Part shown: piece after piece, positions 9,941 through 18,445 of the stretch
Layout: each line of letters opens with the position of its first letter
Numbering within the stretch: position 1 is the stretch's first letter
Origin: Candidatus Rokuibacteriota bacterium
Lineage (GTDB): Bacteria > Methylomirabilota > Methylomirabilia > Rokubacteriales > DASRDR01
DNA length: 37,861 bases
Direction of reading: 5' to 3'
Assembly: GCA_044866005.1 (NCBI GenBank)
Contig: JBIOTN010000140.1
Coordinates: forward strand, 1-37,861
Notes under the pieces: model-generated
Told to the model about the DNA's origin: nothing
The model's database searches: none
What the model saw: the letters and a program-made list of their open reading frames with translations, nothing else
Translations under genes and position numbers: made by a program

Positions 9941-10635
9941 ACGTCCAGCTCGCGCTTGTCGTAGTTCCAGAGCTTGCGCCCCGACACCACCTTGCGGAAG
10001 GCCGGCGGCGCCGGGACGGCGTGGCGGGCGAGCGTCTCGCCGATGTCCCGCAGCTCGCCCGGGCTCGCGTCGGAGACGACGGCGTCGTTGCCGAGCTCGG
10101 CGATCTCGCCGCCCACGAAGACGACCCCCTCGTACATCGAGTCCGCCAGCGCCGGGCCGGCGTCGCCGCAGACGATGATCGTCCCGCGCTGCATCATGAA
10201 GCCCGTCATGTACCCACAGCTCCCGCCGACGACGAGGCACCCGCCCTTCATCGCGATGCCCGCCCGGGCCGCGGCGTCGCCCCGCACGACGACCGTGCCG
10301 CCGCGGATCGACGCCGCCGCGCCGTTCCCCGCGTTCCCCTCGACGACGACCGTCCCGGAGAGCAATCCCTCGGCCAGGCCCCAGCCGGCCGAGCCGCGGA
10401 CGGTCAGGCGCACGCCGTCGCTCATCCCGCCCGCGTAGTAGCCGACGGGGCCGTCGAGCGTGATCGCCACGTCGTCGAGCACCGCCACCGCGAGGTTGTG
10501 GCGCGCGCCGGGGTCCCGCACCAGGATCTCGCGCTCACCCTCCGCGACGAGGCGCCGGATGGCCTCGTTGATCTGCCGGACGGAGCGCCCCCGGCCCGCG
10601 ATCGTCCTCACGTCACGTCGCCCGGCGCCCGCCAC
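9922..10635 (-). CDS. mgsB: GXGXG-domain protein, NMG synthase subunit B
   Basis: Repeated G-x-x-G beta-helix motifs; HNLAVA, GYYAGGM, GFMMQRG, ALADSMYEG, SGRKLWNY. Confidence 0.88.
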   Translation of the reverse strand: MAGAGRRDVRTIAGRGRSVRQINEAIRRLVAEGEREILVRDPGARHNLAVAVLDDVAITLDGPVGYYAGGMSDGVRLTVRGSAGWGLAEGLLSGTVVVEGNAGNGAAASIRGGTVVVRGDAAARAGIAMKGGCLVVGGSCGYMTGFMMQRGTIIVCGDAGPALADSMYEGVVFVGGEIAELGNDAVVSDASPGELRDIGETLARHAVPAPPAFRKVVSGRKLWNYDKRELDVWKAAF

Positions 10636-11590
10636 CGGCGCCGCGGCCCGGCGAGCCGCCGGCGCGCGGCCGCGGCAGGCCCGGCGGGGCGGCCAGCTCC
10701 CAGACGCCCACCGCGCCGGCCCCCGCCTCGCGCGCCCGGTAGCCGGCGGGCAGCACGGCCTGGAGGGCGATCTCCTCGTTGGCCATCGCCACCGCGCCGT
10801 CGGTCTCCGCGACGATGAGGGGCTTCAGACAGAAGGGGTCCTTGGCGAACCCGCAGGCGTCCGCCGTCGCCGCGAGATAGCTGAAGCTCCCGTCGAAGTC
10901 GCGGAGCGAGGCGTCGAGGGCCTCCCGCAGCGACAGGCCGCCCGCGAGCTTCTCGCCCAGGTAGACCCCGATGACCTCCGAGTCGTTCTCGGTGTAGAAG
11001 CGCACCCCGTCCTGCTCGTAGCGGCGGCGGAGCTTGTGGTAGTTCGTGATGTGGCCGTTGTGGACGATGGCGAGGTCGGGCGTGCCGTGGGCCCAGAACG
11101 GCTGCGAGTGCGAGAGGTCCACGCGGCTCTCCGTGGACAGTCGCGTGTGCCCGAGCCCGTGGGTGCCGGTGAGCCGCGACAGTCCGAACTCGCGCTCGAG
11201 GTTCGCGGGCGGGCCGACCTGCTTGACGATCTCGAGCCGCCGGCCGACGCTCACCACCTCCACGTCCGGGCCGAGCGCCTCGAGCGCCCCCGCCAGCTCC
11301 GACGCCTCCGCCTTCGCGATCACGAGCCGCAGGAGGCTTCCCTGCGTGGCCGACGCCTGCACGCGTCCGAGCCGCGCGGCGGCCCGCTCGACCTCGCGGC
11401 GCCGCGCCCCGAGCTCCCTCCCCTCGCCCGCCTTCACCCGGACCACCAGGCCGTCGGCCGCCTCACCCCAGAGGGCGACCCCCGCGGAGTCCGGCCCCCG
11501 ACAGGCGAGCGCCTCGAGCATCCTCCCGAGGGTCGCGCCGATCGGCGCGGCGGCGCCCGACCGGTCCAGGAAGCCGACGATGCCACACAT
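10613..11590 (-). CDS. mgsA: Class II glutamine amidotransferase-like protein, NMG synthase subunit A
   Basis: True start MCGIVG at 11590 (Ntn-hydrolase Cys); RGPDSAG, GHTRLSTES, HNGHITNY, TENDSE. Confidence 0.9.
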   Translation of the reverse strand: MCGIVGFLDRSGAAAPIGATLGRMLEALACRGPDSAGVALWGEAADGLVVRVKAGEGRELGARRREVERAAARLGRVQASATQGSLLRLVIAKAEASELAGALEALGPDVEVVSVGRRLEIVKQVGPPANLEREFGLSRLTGTHGLGHTRLSTESRVDLSHSQPFWAHGTPDLAIVHNGHITNYHKLRRRYEQDGVRFYTENDSEVIGVYLGEKLAGGLSLREALDASLRDFDGSFSYLAATADACGFAKDPFCLKPLIVAETDGAVAMANEEIALQAVLPAGYRAREAGAGAVGVWELAAPPGLPRPRAGGSPGRGAGGGRRAT

Positions 11591-11658
11591 GGGATGAATG
11601 TCCCCCGCGGCGGGATGCCCGCCCGAGCCCGCACGGCCCGCCGACCCCGGGCCCGTCA

Positions 11659-11688
11659 ACTGTAATTCGCGCGCGTACGCGATGGCAA
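11659..11688 (-). promoter_or_regulatory. Putative sigma-70 promoter of the mgs/mgd/gmaS operon
   Basis: Minus strand TTGCCA-N18-TACAGT, about 70 nt upstream of the mgsA ATG, in an AT-richer patch. Confidence 0.5.
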
Positions 11689-11788
11689 GCCCCACTGGCG
11701 CCGCGGAGCTCTCTCCAGACGCCCTGACGTGGCGATGCCGCAGCCGCTGTGCACATGGCCATCGCGGTCGCTCCCGTGTCCCGGGACG

Positions 11789-12301
11789 TCAGTCCGTCAG
11801 CAGCTCGAGCCGAACCCGGGCGACCCCGCGCTCGACCATGCCGAGGGCCCTCGCCGCCGCGTAACTGACGTCGATGATCCGTCCATCCACGTACGGGCCG
11901 CGGTCGACGATCCGCACGACTACGCTCTGACCGGTCTCGACATTGGTCACCCGCACCCGCGTACCGAAGGGAAGCGTGCGATGGGCGGCCATGAGGCCGT
12001 GCATGTCGAAGATCTCGCCTGACGCGGTCCGCTGACCATGATGGTTCCGGCCATACCAGGAGGCGGTCCCGATCCGGCCGTCCACGCTCCACTCGGGCCG
12101 GTCGAGCGATGAGATCGCCGCGCATCCGGACAAGGCGAGCAGCGCCAGCGCTGTCGCGGTCGGGCCCCAGCGGCGACGTCGGAGGCGTACCCTGGATGCC
12201 GGGCCACCGCCCGAAGGCGCCGGGAAATGTGGCACAGGCTCCGTCCGCGTCAGAGCCTGCGCTTCGGAAGGACGGCTCGAGGGCGTCACTGGTCCGCTCA
12301 C
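11789..12301 (-). CDS. rlpA: Septal ring lytic transglycosylase RlpA family lipoprotein (DPBB domain)
   Basis: Lipobox ALSGC; GTASWYG, TASGEIFD, AAHRTLPFGT, DRGPY..RIIDVS. Start position uncertain. Confidence 0.9.
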   Translation of the reverse strand: MSGPVTPSSRPSEAQALTRTEPVPHFPAPSGGGPASRVRLRRRRWGPTATALALLALSGCAAISSLDRPEWSVDGRIGTASWYGRNHHGQRTASGEIFDMHGLMAAHRTLPFGTRVRVTNVETGQSVVVRIVDRGPYVDGRIIDVSYAAARALGMVERGVARVRLELLTD

Positions 12302-12565
12302 GTGCTACGCGACCCCCATGCGACAGGCCGTGAGCTTCCTGTATAGTCCCGACCGCTCCCCTCACCAACAATTGCTTGCGCCTGGCCGGCCGGCCAAGGG
12401 CGCGCCGGAGCCGCCGGTTCGCCGCGGCGGGCACTTCTGCGGCTCGTATCTCCGCACGCGATCGCCATGGACCGGCGAGGCCCGTCAGGAACGAGCCGAC
12501 CTCGTCGCCCCGGCGGCGCGGGCCGGATCCCAGACGAGATTGCCCGGCGGCGCCGCGCCCCGGGG

Positions 12566-13831
12566 CTAGCCGAAGCGGTCGGGCCGGAGCGCCTCCACCT
12601 CGGCGCTCGGCGGCTCGCCCGCGGCGAGCCGGGCGACGAGCTCGCCCGTGACGGGGCCGAGCGAGACGCCGATCATGGCGTGGCCGGTCGCCACGATGAG
12701 GTTCTCGAATCCGGCGGGGCGCCCGAGGAACGGCAGACCGTCCGGCGTGCAGGGGCGGAGCCCCCGCCAGAGCTCCACGAGCTCGAGGCCGCCCACGCCG
12801 CGGAGATAGCCGGCGGCCCGGCGCGCGATCGCCTCGACCCGGCGGCGGTTGATGGAGAGGTCGAAGCCCGCCAGCTCGAGCGTCCCCGCGAAGCGGAGCG
12901 TCTCGCCCATCGGCGTGATGGCGAAGCGCGCCTCGACCGGGAGCAGCGGCAGTCGCGGAGCGCCGGGGGGGCGCCGGTAGGTCAGGCTGTAGCCCTTCGC
13001 GGGCTCGAGCGGCAGGCGGAGGCCGAGGGCGCGGCCGAGCCGTGCCGACCACGCCCCGGCCGCCAGGACCACCTGGTCGGCCTCCACGGCGCCGCGTGTC
13101 GTCTCCACCGCGGACAGCCGCGAGCCCGCGGTCCGGAAGCCGAGCACCTCCGTGCGGCCCCGGATCCGGACGCCCGCGGACTCCGCCACGCGGGCCAGGC
13201 CGGTGACGAAGCGATCGGGGACCAGGTGGGCGTCGTCGGGCAGGTGCACGGCGCCCACCACGTCGGGCCCGAGGCTCGGCTCGACGGCCCGTGCCGCGGC
13301 GGCATCGAGCGTCTTGCTGGGGATGCCGGCCTGGCCGAGGACCCCCGCTTCGTGGACGGCGGCCTCCAGGCCCGCCTCGGTCCGCGCGACCATGAGGACG
13401 CCGTCCTCCCGGTAGCCGAAGTCGAGCCCCGGAAGCGCCGCGAGCTCGCGGAAGAGCGCGCGGCTCCGGTAGCCGAGGTCGCGGAGCAGCGGCACGGCGC
13501 GGCGGACGTGCTCGGCCGTGCAGGCGGCGCGGAAGCGCCAGAGCCAGGCGGCGAGGTCGCGGCTCGGGCGCGGCTTGATGTAGAACGGGCTCTCCGGGTC
13601 GAGCATGAAGCGCAGGCCCTTCCACCAGACACCGGGGGCGGCCAGCGGGATGGCGTGGCTCGGCACGATGAGGCCGGCGTTCCCGTAGGAGCACCCGGCG
13701 CAGATCCCGGCCTGGTCGACGAGCGTCACCTCGAACCCGGCGCGCCGCAGGTAGTAGGCGGCGCAGACGCCGATGACCCCGCCGCCGATCACCACCACCG
13801 AGTCACGCCGCCCGGTCACCGCGCCATTCAC
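12566..13831 (-). CDS. FAD-dependent D-amino acid dehydrogenase/oxidase (DadA family)
   Basis: VVVIGGGVIG, CSYGNAG, KGYSL, WRGLRPCTPDGLP, GHAMIGVSLGPVTG. Confidence 0.88.
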   Translation of the reverse strand: MNGAVTGRRDSVVVIGGGVIGVCAAYYLRRAGFEVTLVDQAGICAGCSYGNAGLIVPSHAIPLAAPGVWWKGLRFMLDPESPFYIKPRPSRDLAAWLWRFRAACTAEHVRRAVPLLRDLGYRSRALFRELAALPGLDFGYREDGVLMVARTEAGLEAAVHEAGVLGQAGIPSKTLDAAAARAVEPSLGPDVVGAVHLPDDAHLVPDRFVTGLARVAESAGVRIRGRTEVLGFRTAGSRLSAVETTRGAVEADQVVLAAGAWSARLGRALGLRLPLEPAKGYSLTYRRPPGAPRLPLLPVEARFAITPMGETLRFAGTLELAGFDLSINRRRVEAIARRAAGYLRGVGGLELVELWRGLRPCTPDGLPFLGRPAGFENLIVATGHAMIGVSLGPVTGELVARLAAGEPPSAEVEALRPDRFG

Positions 13832-13876
13832 CGCCGGGCCGAGACCCGAGATGCGACGGTCATCGGCACGGCACGG

Positions 13877-14791
13877 TCACTCGCCGCGCAGGGTGGGATC
13901 CAGGACATCCCGCAGCCAGTCGCCGGTCCGGCTCACCACCAGCGAGGTCAGCATGAGGACGAGGCCCGGGAAGACCGAGATCCACCACGCGCTGTCGAGG
14001 TACTCGCGCCCCTCGTGGATCATCCCGCCCCAGGACGGCGTCGGCGGCTGGATACCGAGACCGAGGAAGGAGAGCGTGGCCTCGAGCACGATGGCGCGCG
14101 CGAGCTCGAGCGTGGCGATCACCATGAGCGTCGAGCCGACGTTCGGCAGGACGTGGCGGAGGAGGATGCGCGGGACGGAGCCCCCGAGCCCACGGATCGC
14201 CGCCACGAACTCGCGGCGCCGAAGCGACAGGACCTGCGAGCGCAACACCCGCGCGTAGGTGACCCAGCCGGAGAGGCCCACGACGACGATGAGGTTGGGG
14301 AAGGACGGGCCGAGCACGGCGATGATCCCGATGGCGAGCAGGATGAACGGGAAGGCGAGCTGGGCGTCGGCGACGGTCATGATCACCTCGTCGAGCCACC
14401 CGCCGCGGAAGCCCGCCACGAGACCGAGGCTCCCGCCGACGAGGCCGCCCACCGCGACCGCCGCGAAGCCGACGGTGAGCGAGACGCGCGTCCCGTAGAC
14501 GACGCGCGAGAGGACGTCGCGGCCGAGGTGATCCGTGCCGAGGAGGTGCACGCGCCCGTCGGCCGCCTGGAGGGTCGGGGCCCCGAGGCGGGCCCGCAGC
14601 GCGCCGCGCTCGGGATCGTACGGCGCCAGGTACGGCGCGGCCACCGCGACCACGACCAGGGTGCCGACGAACGCCGCCGCGACCAGGATGAGCCAGGGCA
14701 CTCGCCGGCGCCTGGCGGCGGGCAGGGCCAGCGCCGTCCCGCCCGCGAGCGTGCGCGGGACCGCAACGGACGGCTCGAGCACGCGCGTCAC
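13877..14791 (-). CDS. Peptide/nickel ABC transporter permease (DppC/OppC-like)
   Basis: HLLGTDHLGRDVLSR, EAA-like loop (EFVAA..G), EATLSFLGLG..P.PSWG. Confidence 0.93.
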   Translation of the reverse strand: MTRVLEPSVAVPRTLAGGTALALPAARRRRVPWLILVAAAFVGTLVVVAVAAPYLAPYDPERGALRARLGAPTLQAADGRVHLLGTDHLGRDVLSRVVYGTRVSLTVGFAAVAVGGLVGGSLGLVAGFRGGWLDEVIMTVADAQLAFPFILLAIGIIAVLGPSFPNLIVVVGLSGWVTYARVLRSQVLSLRRREFVAAIRGLGGSVPRILLRHVLPNVGSTLMVIATLELARAIVLEATLSFLGLGIQPPTPSWGGMIHEGREYLDSAWWISVFPGLVLMLTSLVVSRTGDWLRDVLDPTLRGE

Positions 14792-14792
14792 C

Positions 14793-14826
14793 CGCCGGAC
14801 CGGGGCAAGCCGGCGACAGGACCCGC
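14793..14826 (-). repeat. Dispersed repeat, family 2, copy 1
   Basis: CGCCGGACCGGGGCAAGCCGGCGACAGGACCCGC (plus strand) is 32/34 identical to 24933-24966. Confidence 0.85.
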
Positions 14827-14840
14827 GGCGGGCGCACCGC

Positions 14841-15773
14841 TCATCCGGGCGCCTCGCGAGCGCGCGGGTCGAGGAATCCGTAGAGGAGATCGAGCGCGAA
14901 ATTGATGACGATGAACAGCACGGCCGCGATGAAGACCGTGGACTGGACGACCGGGTAGTCGCGGTTGTAAATGGACTGGATCGCCAGCCGCCCCATCCCC
15001 GGCCAGGAGAAGACCGTCTCCGTCACCACCGCGCCCCCCAGCAGCGTGCCGAACTGGAGCCCCGTGATGGTCAGGATCGGCAGCGCGGCGTTCCGCAGCG
15101 TGTGCTTGGCGATGACCGCCGCCTCGCCGACGCCCTTCGCCCGCGCCGTCCGGATGAAGTCGGCGCGCTGGACCTCCAGGACCGCCGAGCGCGTGATGCG
15201 GGCGATCGACGCCATGGCGAACGCGCCGAGGGTGAGGGCCGGGAGCACGAGATGGGCCAGGCCGTCCCGCCCCGAGGTGGGGAAGAGGTCGAGCCGGAGC
15301 GAGAGCACCAGGATGAAGAGGATCCCCAGGAAGAACGTCGGCGCCGACTGGCCGACCAGGGCGAGCCCCATCGCCGCGTGGTCGAGGAGCGAGTTCCGGC
15401 GGATCGCGGAGAAGACCCCCACCGGGAACGCCACGACCACCGCAATGAGGAAGGCGGCGAGCCCCAGCTCGAACGTGGCCGGGAGGTAGGCGAGCGCGAC
15501 CTCCATCGCCGGCTGGCGGAAGTGGATGGAGCGGCCGAAGTCGCCGCGCAGGACGTTCCCCAGGAACACCGCGTACTGGACCGGCAGCGCGCGGTCCAGG
15601 CCGAGGTCGTGGCGCACCCGGTTCATCTCGGCGATCGGCGCGTCGGGCGGGAGCAGGAGCGGCACCGGATCGCCCGACAGGCGCATCACGACGAAGACGA
15701 CCGTCGAGACGAGCCAGAGCGCGATCAGCGTGCGGAAGAGCCGGTAGGCGAGGAACCCGCCGAGGCCGCGCAT
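14841..15773 (-). CDS. Peptide/nickel ABC transporter permease (DppB/OppB-like)
   Basis: GDP, LGLDR, GDFGRS, FIRTARAKG, HTLRNA, ETVFSWPGMG, RDYPVVQ. Confidence 0.95.
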   Translation of the reverse strand: MRGLGGFLAYRLFRTLIALWLVSTVVFVVMRLSGDPVPLLLPPDAPIAEMNRVRHDLGLDRALPVQYAVFLGNVLRGDFGRSIHFRQPAMEVALAYLPATFELGLAAFLIAVVVAFPVGVFSAIRRNSLLDHAAMGLALVGQSAPTFFLGILFILVLSLRLDLFPTSGRDGLAHLVLPALTLGAFAMASIARITRSAVLEVQRADFIRTARAKGVGEAAVIAKHTLRNAALPILTITGLQFGTLLGGAVVTETVFSWPGMGRLAIQSIYNRDYPVVQSTVFIAAVLFIVINFALDLLYGFLDPRAREAPG

Positions 15774-15849
15774 TTATTTCAGCAGGGGGCGCTGCCCCCC
15801 TCTGATCTCTCTCCCCGGGATCGTCGCGCCGGCAAAGCCGGCGCTCGGA
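15774..15849 (+). repeat. Palindromic element family 1, copy B
   Basis: G/C hairpin, C-tract, then GCGCCGGC-AAA-GCCGGCGC-TCGGA; abuts the permease start codon. Confidence 0.75.
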
Positions 15850-15916
15850 GCGCTTCGGCCGCGCGCGAGAGCGGGCCATGCCCTGTGGACCCTCTCGGCA
15901 TGGTGTCGGATGTCGC

Positions 15917-15988
15917 CTACCGCGGGAGAAATCGCCAGAGGACGAGCACGGCAAGGAGGAGCAGCGGTATCAGAACGGGGAGGACCAT
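15917..15988 (-). CDS. Candidate small single-pass membrane peptide (MVLPVLIPLLLLAVLVLWRFLPR, 23 aa; alternative ATG at 16012 gives 31 aa)
   Basis: GAGAGGG 7 nt before the ATG; strongly hydrophobic run ending in WRFLPR; lies between the binding-protein and permease genes. Confidence 0.4.
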   Translation of the reverse strand: MVLPVLIPLLLLAVLVLWRFLPR

Positions 15989-16101
15989 GAACGGGCCCTC
16001 TCGCTCGAACATGCCCTTCCGAGCCCTTGGGCCGCGATTCATCTGCGGAGGCGGTGCCCGCCCCGGGCCTCCGCCCGGGGCAGGCCGGACCCTCGCCGAC
16101 G

Positions 16102-17709
16102 CTAGGCGCGCCGCATGCGGAAGTTGAAGCGTCGGATCTCGAACTGCTGGTTCGGGTTCGGCGTGAACTCGACGTGCTTCTGGAGCCCGTAGTCCTCGTA
16201 GGGCTGGATCACGACGATCCAGGGGTTGTGCTCGAGGAAGATGCGCGTCATCTTCCGGTACGCGTCCCCCCGGAACTTCTCGTCCAGGCTGAAGCGCGCC
16301 GCGTTCCCGAGCTCGTCGAACTCGGGATGCCGCCAGTAGTCCTGCGGGCCGCCCGGCCCGAGGAGCCGCCACATCATCCCGTCGGGGTCGGCGAGGGTCG
16401 AGGTCGGGTCCGACCACCACAGGCCCTTGAACGTCTTCTCCCGGTTCTTCTGGGCGCGCACCGAGTACTCGACGACCTCGACGACCGCGTTCAGCCCGAC
16501 GTCCTTCCACATCGCCGCGATCGCCTCCGACATCGCCTTGTCGTTGGCGGTGTAGCCGACGGTCGTCTCGATGTAGACGGGCTCGTTCCTGTAACCGGCC
16601 TTCTTCAGCCGCTCCCGGGCCTCGTTCGGATCGTAGGGCAAGGGCGGCAGCGCCGCGTCGTAGTGGTTGTCGCCCTTGGCGATGGGGCCGTTCGGGACGA
16701 CGCCCCGGCCGCGCCAGAGCTCCTTCACGATCGCCGCGCGGTCCACCGCCAGGGACATGGCCTGCTTGACGAGCGGGTTGTCGAGCGGCTTGACCTTCGA
16801 GTTGACGGCCAGGACGTAGAGGCCGGCGTAGAGCGCGCCCACGCCGCGGGTCGTGGGGTTCTGGTTCACGCGGTCCCACTGGTCCGTGGGGAGCTGCGTG
16901 ATCGCGTCCACCTCGCCCTTGAGAAGCGCGGCGACGCGCGGCGCCGTCTCGGGGATCGGGCGGAAGATCACGCGGTCCGCGTCGATCTTCCCGCCCCAGT
17001 AGTCCGGGTTCGCCTCGAGGACGGTCTTGTCGTCCTTCGTCCACGAGACGAAGCGCACCGGGCCGGTCCCCACCGGCTTCAGGTTGAAGGCGTCGGGGCC
17101 GACCTGCTCCAGGTACTTCTTCGGCACGATCTGGCCCCCGTAGAAGGCGAGCCGCGCCGGCAGGAGCGGGTCGGGCTTCTTCGTGTGGATGACGAGCGTG
17201 GAGGGGTCCGGGGTCTCGATCCGGTCGATGGTGGTGAAGACGGTCGAGACCATGGTCTTCGCCGCGGGGTCGTAGGTGCGCTCCAGGCTCCACTTCGCGT
17301 CGGCGGCCGTGAAGGGCTCGCCGTTGTGCCACTTGACGCCCTGGCGGAGCTTGAACTGGTAGGTCGTCGGGCCGGCGGCTTTCCACTCGCTGGCCAGACC
17401 GGGGTGGAGCTTGCCGTCCGGGCGGCGGCTGGTCAGGTTGTCGAAGAGGTTGAACGAGAGGCGGATGTCGTTCGACGACGTCGAGAAGTGCGGGTCGAAC
17501 TTCGAGATGTCCCCGCCCTGCGCGATGACCAGCTCCCGCCTCTGGGTCGTCTGGGCGGCGGCCCGCCGCGCCGTCGCGGCCTCGCCGAGGCCTCCCGCCG
17601 CCGCGGCCCCCAGGCCGAGCAGCCCGGCCCGTCGCAGGAACTCCCGCCGCGGCAGTGCGCGCGTGCCCTCGGCGTCGGCCGTCTCCGGGATCCGTCCGTC
17701 TCGCTCCAT
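16102..17709 (-). CDS. Peptide ABC transporter substrate-binding protein (family 5), Tat-exported
   Basis: RREFLRR Tat motif; FDP, LASEW, FKLRQGVKWHNG..FTAAD, PVGTGP; RBS GAGGAGG. Confidence 0.93.
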   Translation of the reverse strand: MERDGRIPETADAEGTRALPRREFLRRAGLLGLGAAAAGGLGEAATARRAAAQTTQRRELVIAQGGDISKFDPHFSTSSNDIRLSFNLFDNLTSRRPDGKLHPGLASEWKAAGPTTYQFKLRQGVKWHNGEPFTAADAKWSLERTYDPAAKTMVSTVFTTIDRIETPDPSTLVIHTKKPDPLLPARLAFYGGQIVPKKYLEQVGPDAFNLKPVGTGPVRFVSWTKDDKTVLEANPDYWGGKIDADRVIFRPIPETAPRVAALLKGEVDAITQLPTDQWDRVNQNPTTRGVGALYAGLYVLAVNSKVKPLDNPLVKQAMSLAVDRAAIVKELWRGRGVVPNGPIAKGDNHYDAALPPLPYDPNEARERLKKAGYRNEPVYIETTVGYTANDKAMSEAIAAMWKDVGLNAVVEVVEYSVRAQKNREKTFKGLWWSDPTSTLADPDGMMWRLLGPGGPQDYWRHPEFDELGNAARFSLDEKFRGDAYRKMTRIFLEHNPWIVVIQPYEDYGLQKHVEFTPNPNQQFEIRRFNFRMRRA

Positions 17710-17797
17710 GACTGACCTCCTCGGTGAGCGTCGAAGGCCGCCTCACGCACTCCCCTCACGGGCGTTCGGCGTCGCGCCGGGGCGTTGAGGTATGCCA

Positions 17798-17826
17798 AAG
17801 GTAGCGACGGGCCCGCACCTTGTCAA
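17798..17826 (-). promoter_or_regulatory. Sigma-70 promoter for the peptide ABC operon
   Basis: TTGACA-N17-TACCTT on the minus strand, about 90 nt upstream of ATG 17709. Confidence 0.65.
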
Positions 17827-17888
17827 GGCGCGGGGGATCGCACCGGACGCGGGCACCGTCGCCCCGGCCACGGCCGAGGGGCCGATTA

Positions 17889-17917
17889 GTGACAAGGCAC
17901 CGGCCTTCTGCTACAAA
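17889..17917 (+). promoter_or_regulatory. Sigma-70 promoter for the flavin reductase operon
   Basis: GTGACA-N17-TACAAA with extended -10 TG (TGcTACAAA). Confidence 0.55.
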
Positions 17918-17931
17918 GGAAGCCGGACGTC

Positions 17932-18420
17932 ATGCCCGTCACCGCGACCGAGTACCGGCACGCGCTCCGCCAGTTCCCGGCCGGCGTGACCGTGGTCACC
18001 ACGCGGGACCGGGAGGGCCGCCCGTGCGGCCTCACCGCCAGCGCGTTCACCGCGGTGTCGCTCGCGCCGCCGCTCGTCCTCGTCTGCATCGATCATCAGG
18101 CGACCGCGTACCCCGCCCTCCAGGCGCACGGCTGGTTCGCGGTGAACGTGCTGGGCAAGAGCCAGGAGCATCTGGCGCGACGCTTCGCCCTGTCCGGCGG
18201 GGACAAGTTCATCGGCGTCGCCTTCCGCCAGGGCCAGTCGGGGCTGCCCATCCTCGAGGACGTCGTGGCGGCGCTGGAGTGCCGCGTGGTGCAGCGCTAC
18301 GCGGGCGGCGACCACACGATCTTCGTGGGAGAGGTGGAGAGCGTCTCCGTCACCGGCGGCCCGCCTCTCGTCTACCTCCGCGGCAGCTATCACCACCTGG
18401 AGGGCGACGGGCCGGGCTGA
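17932..18420 (+). CDS. Flavin reductase (HpaC/RutF-like, DIM6/NTAB family)
   Basis: FPAGVTVVT, GLTASAFTAVSLAPPLVLVC, FAVNVL, GGDHTIFVGEV. Confidence 0.93.
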   Translation: MPVTATEYRHALRQFPAGVTVVTTRDREGRPCGLTASAFTAVSLAPPLVLVCIDHQATAYPALQAHGWFAVNVLGKSQEHLARRFALSGGDKFIGVAFRQGQSGLPILEDVVAALECRVVQRYAGGDHTIFVGEVESVSVTGGPPLVYLRGSYHHLEGDGPG

Positions 18421-18445
18421 GCGCCGGCCCGCGGACGGGAGCCGC

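Noticed and set aside
12340..12368. TTGGTG-N17-TATACA promoter for rlpA
   Set aside because: Plausible but a weak match and the rlpA start is uncertain, so not called
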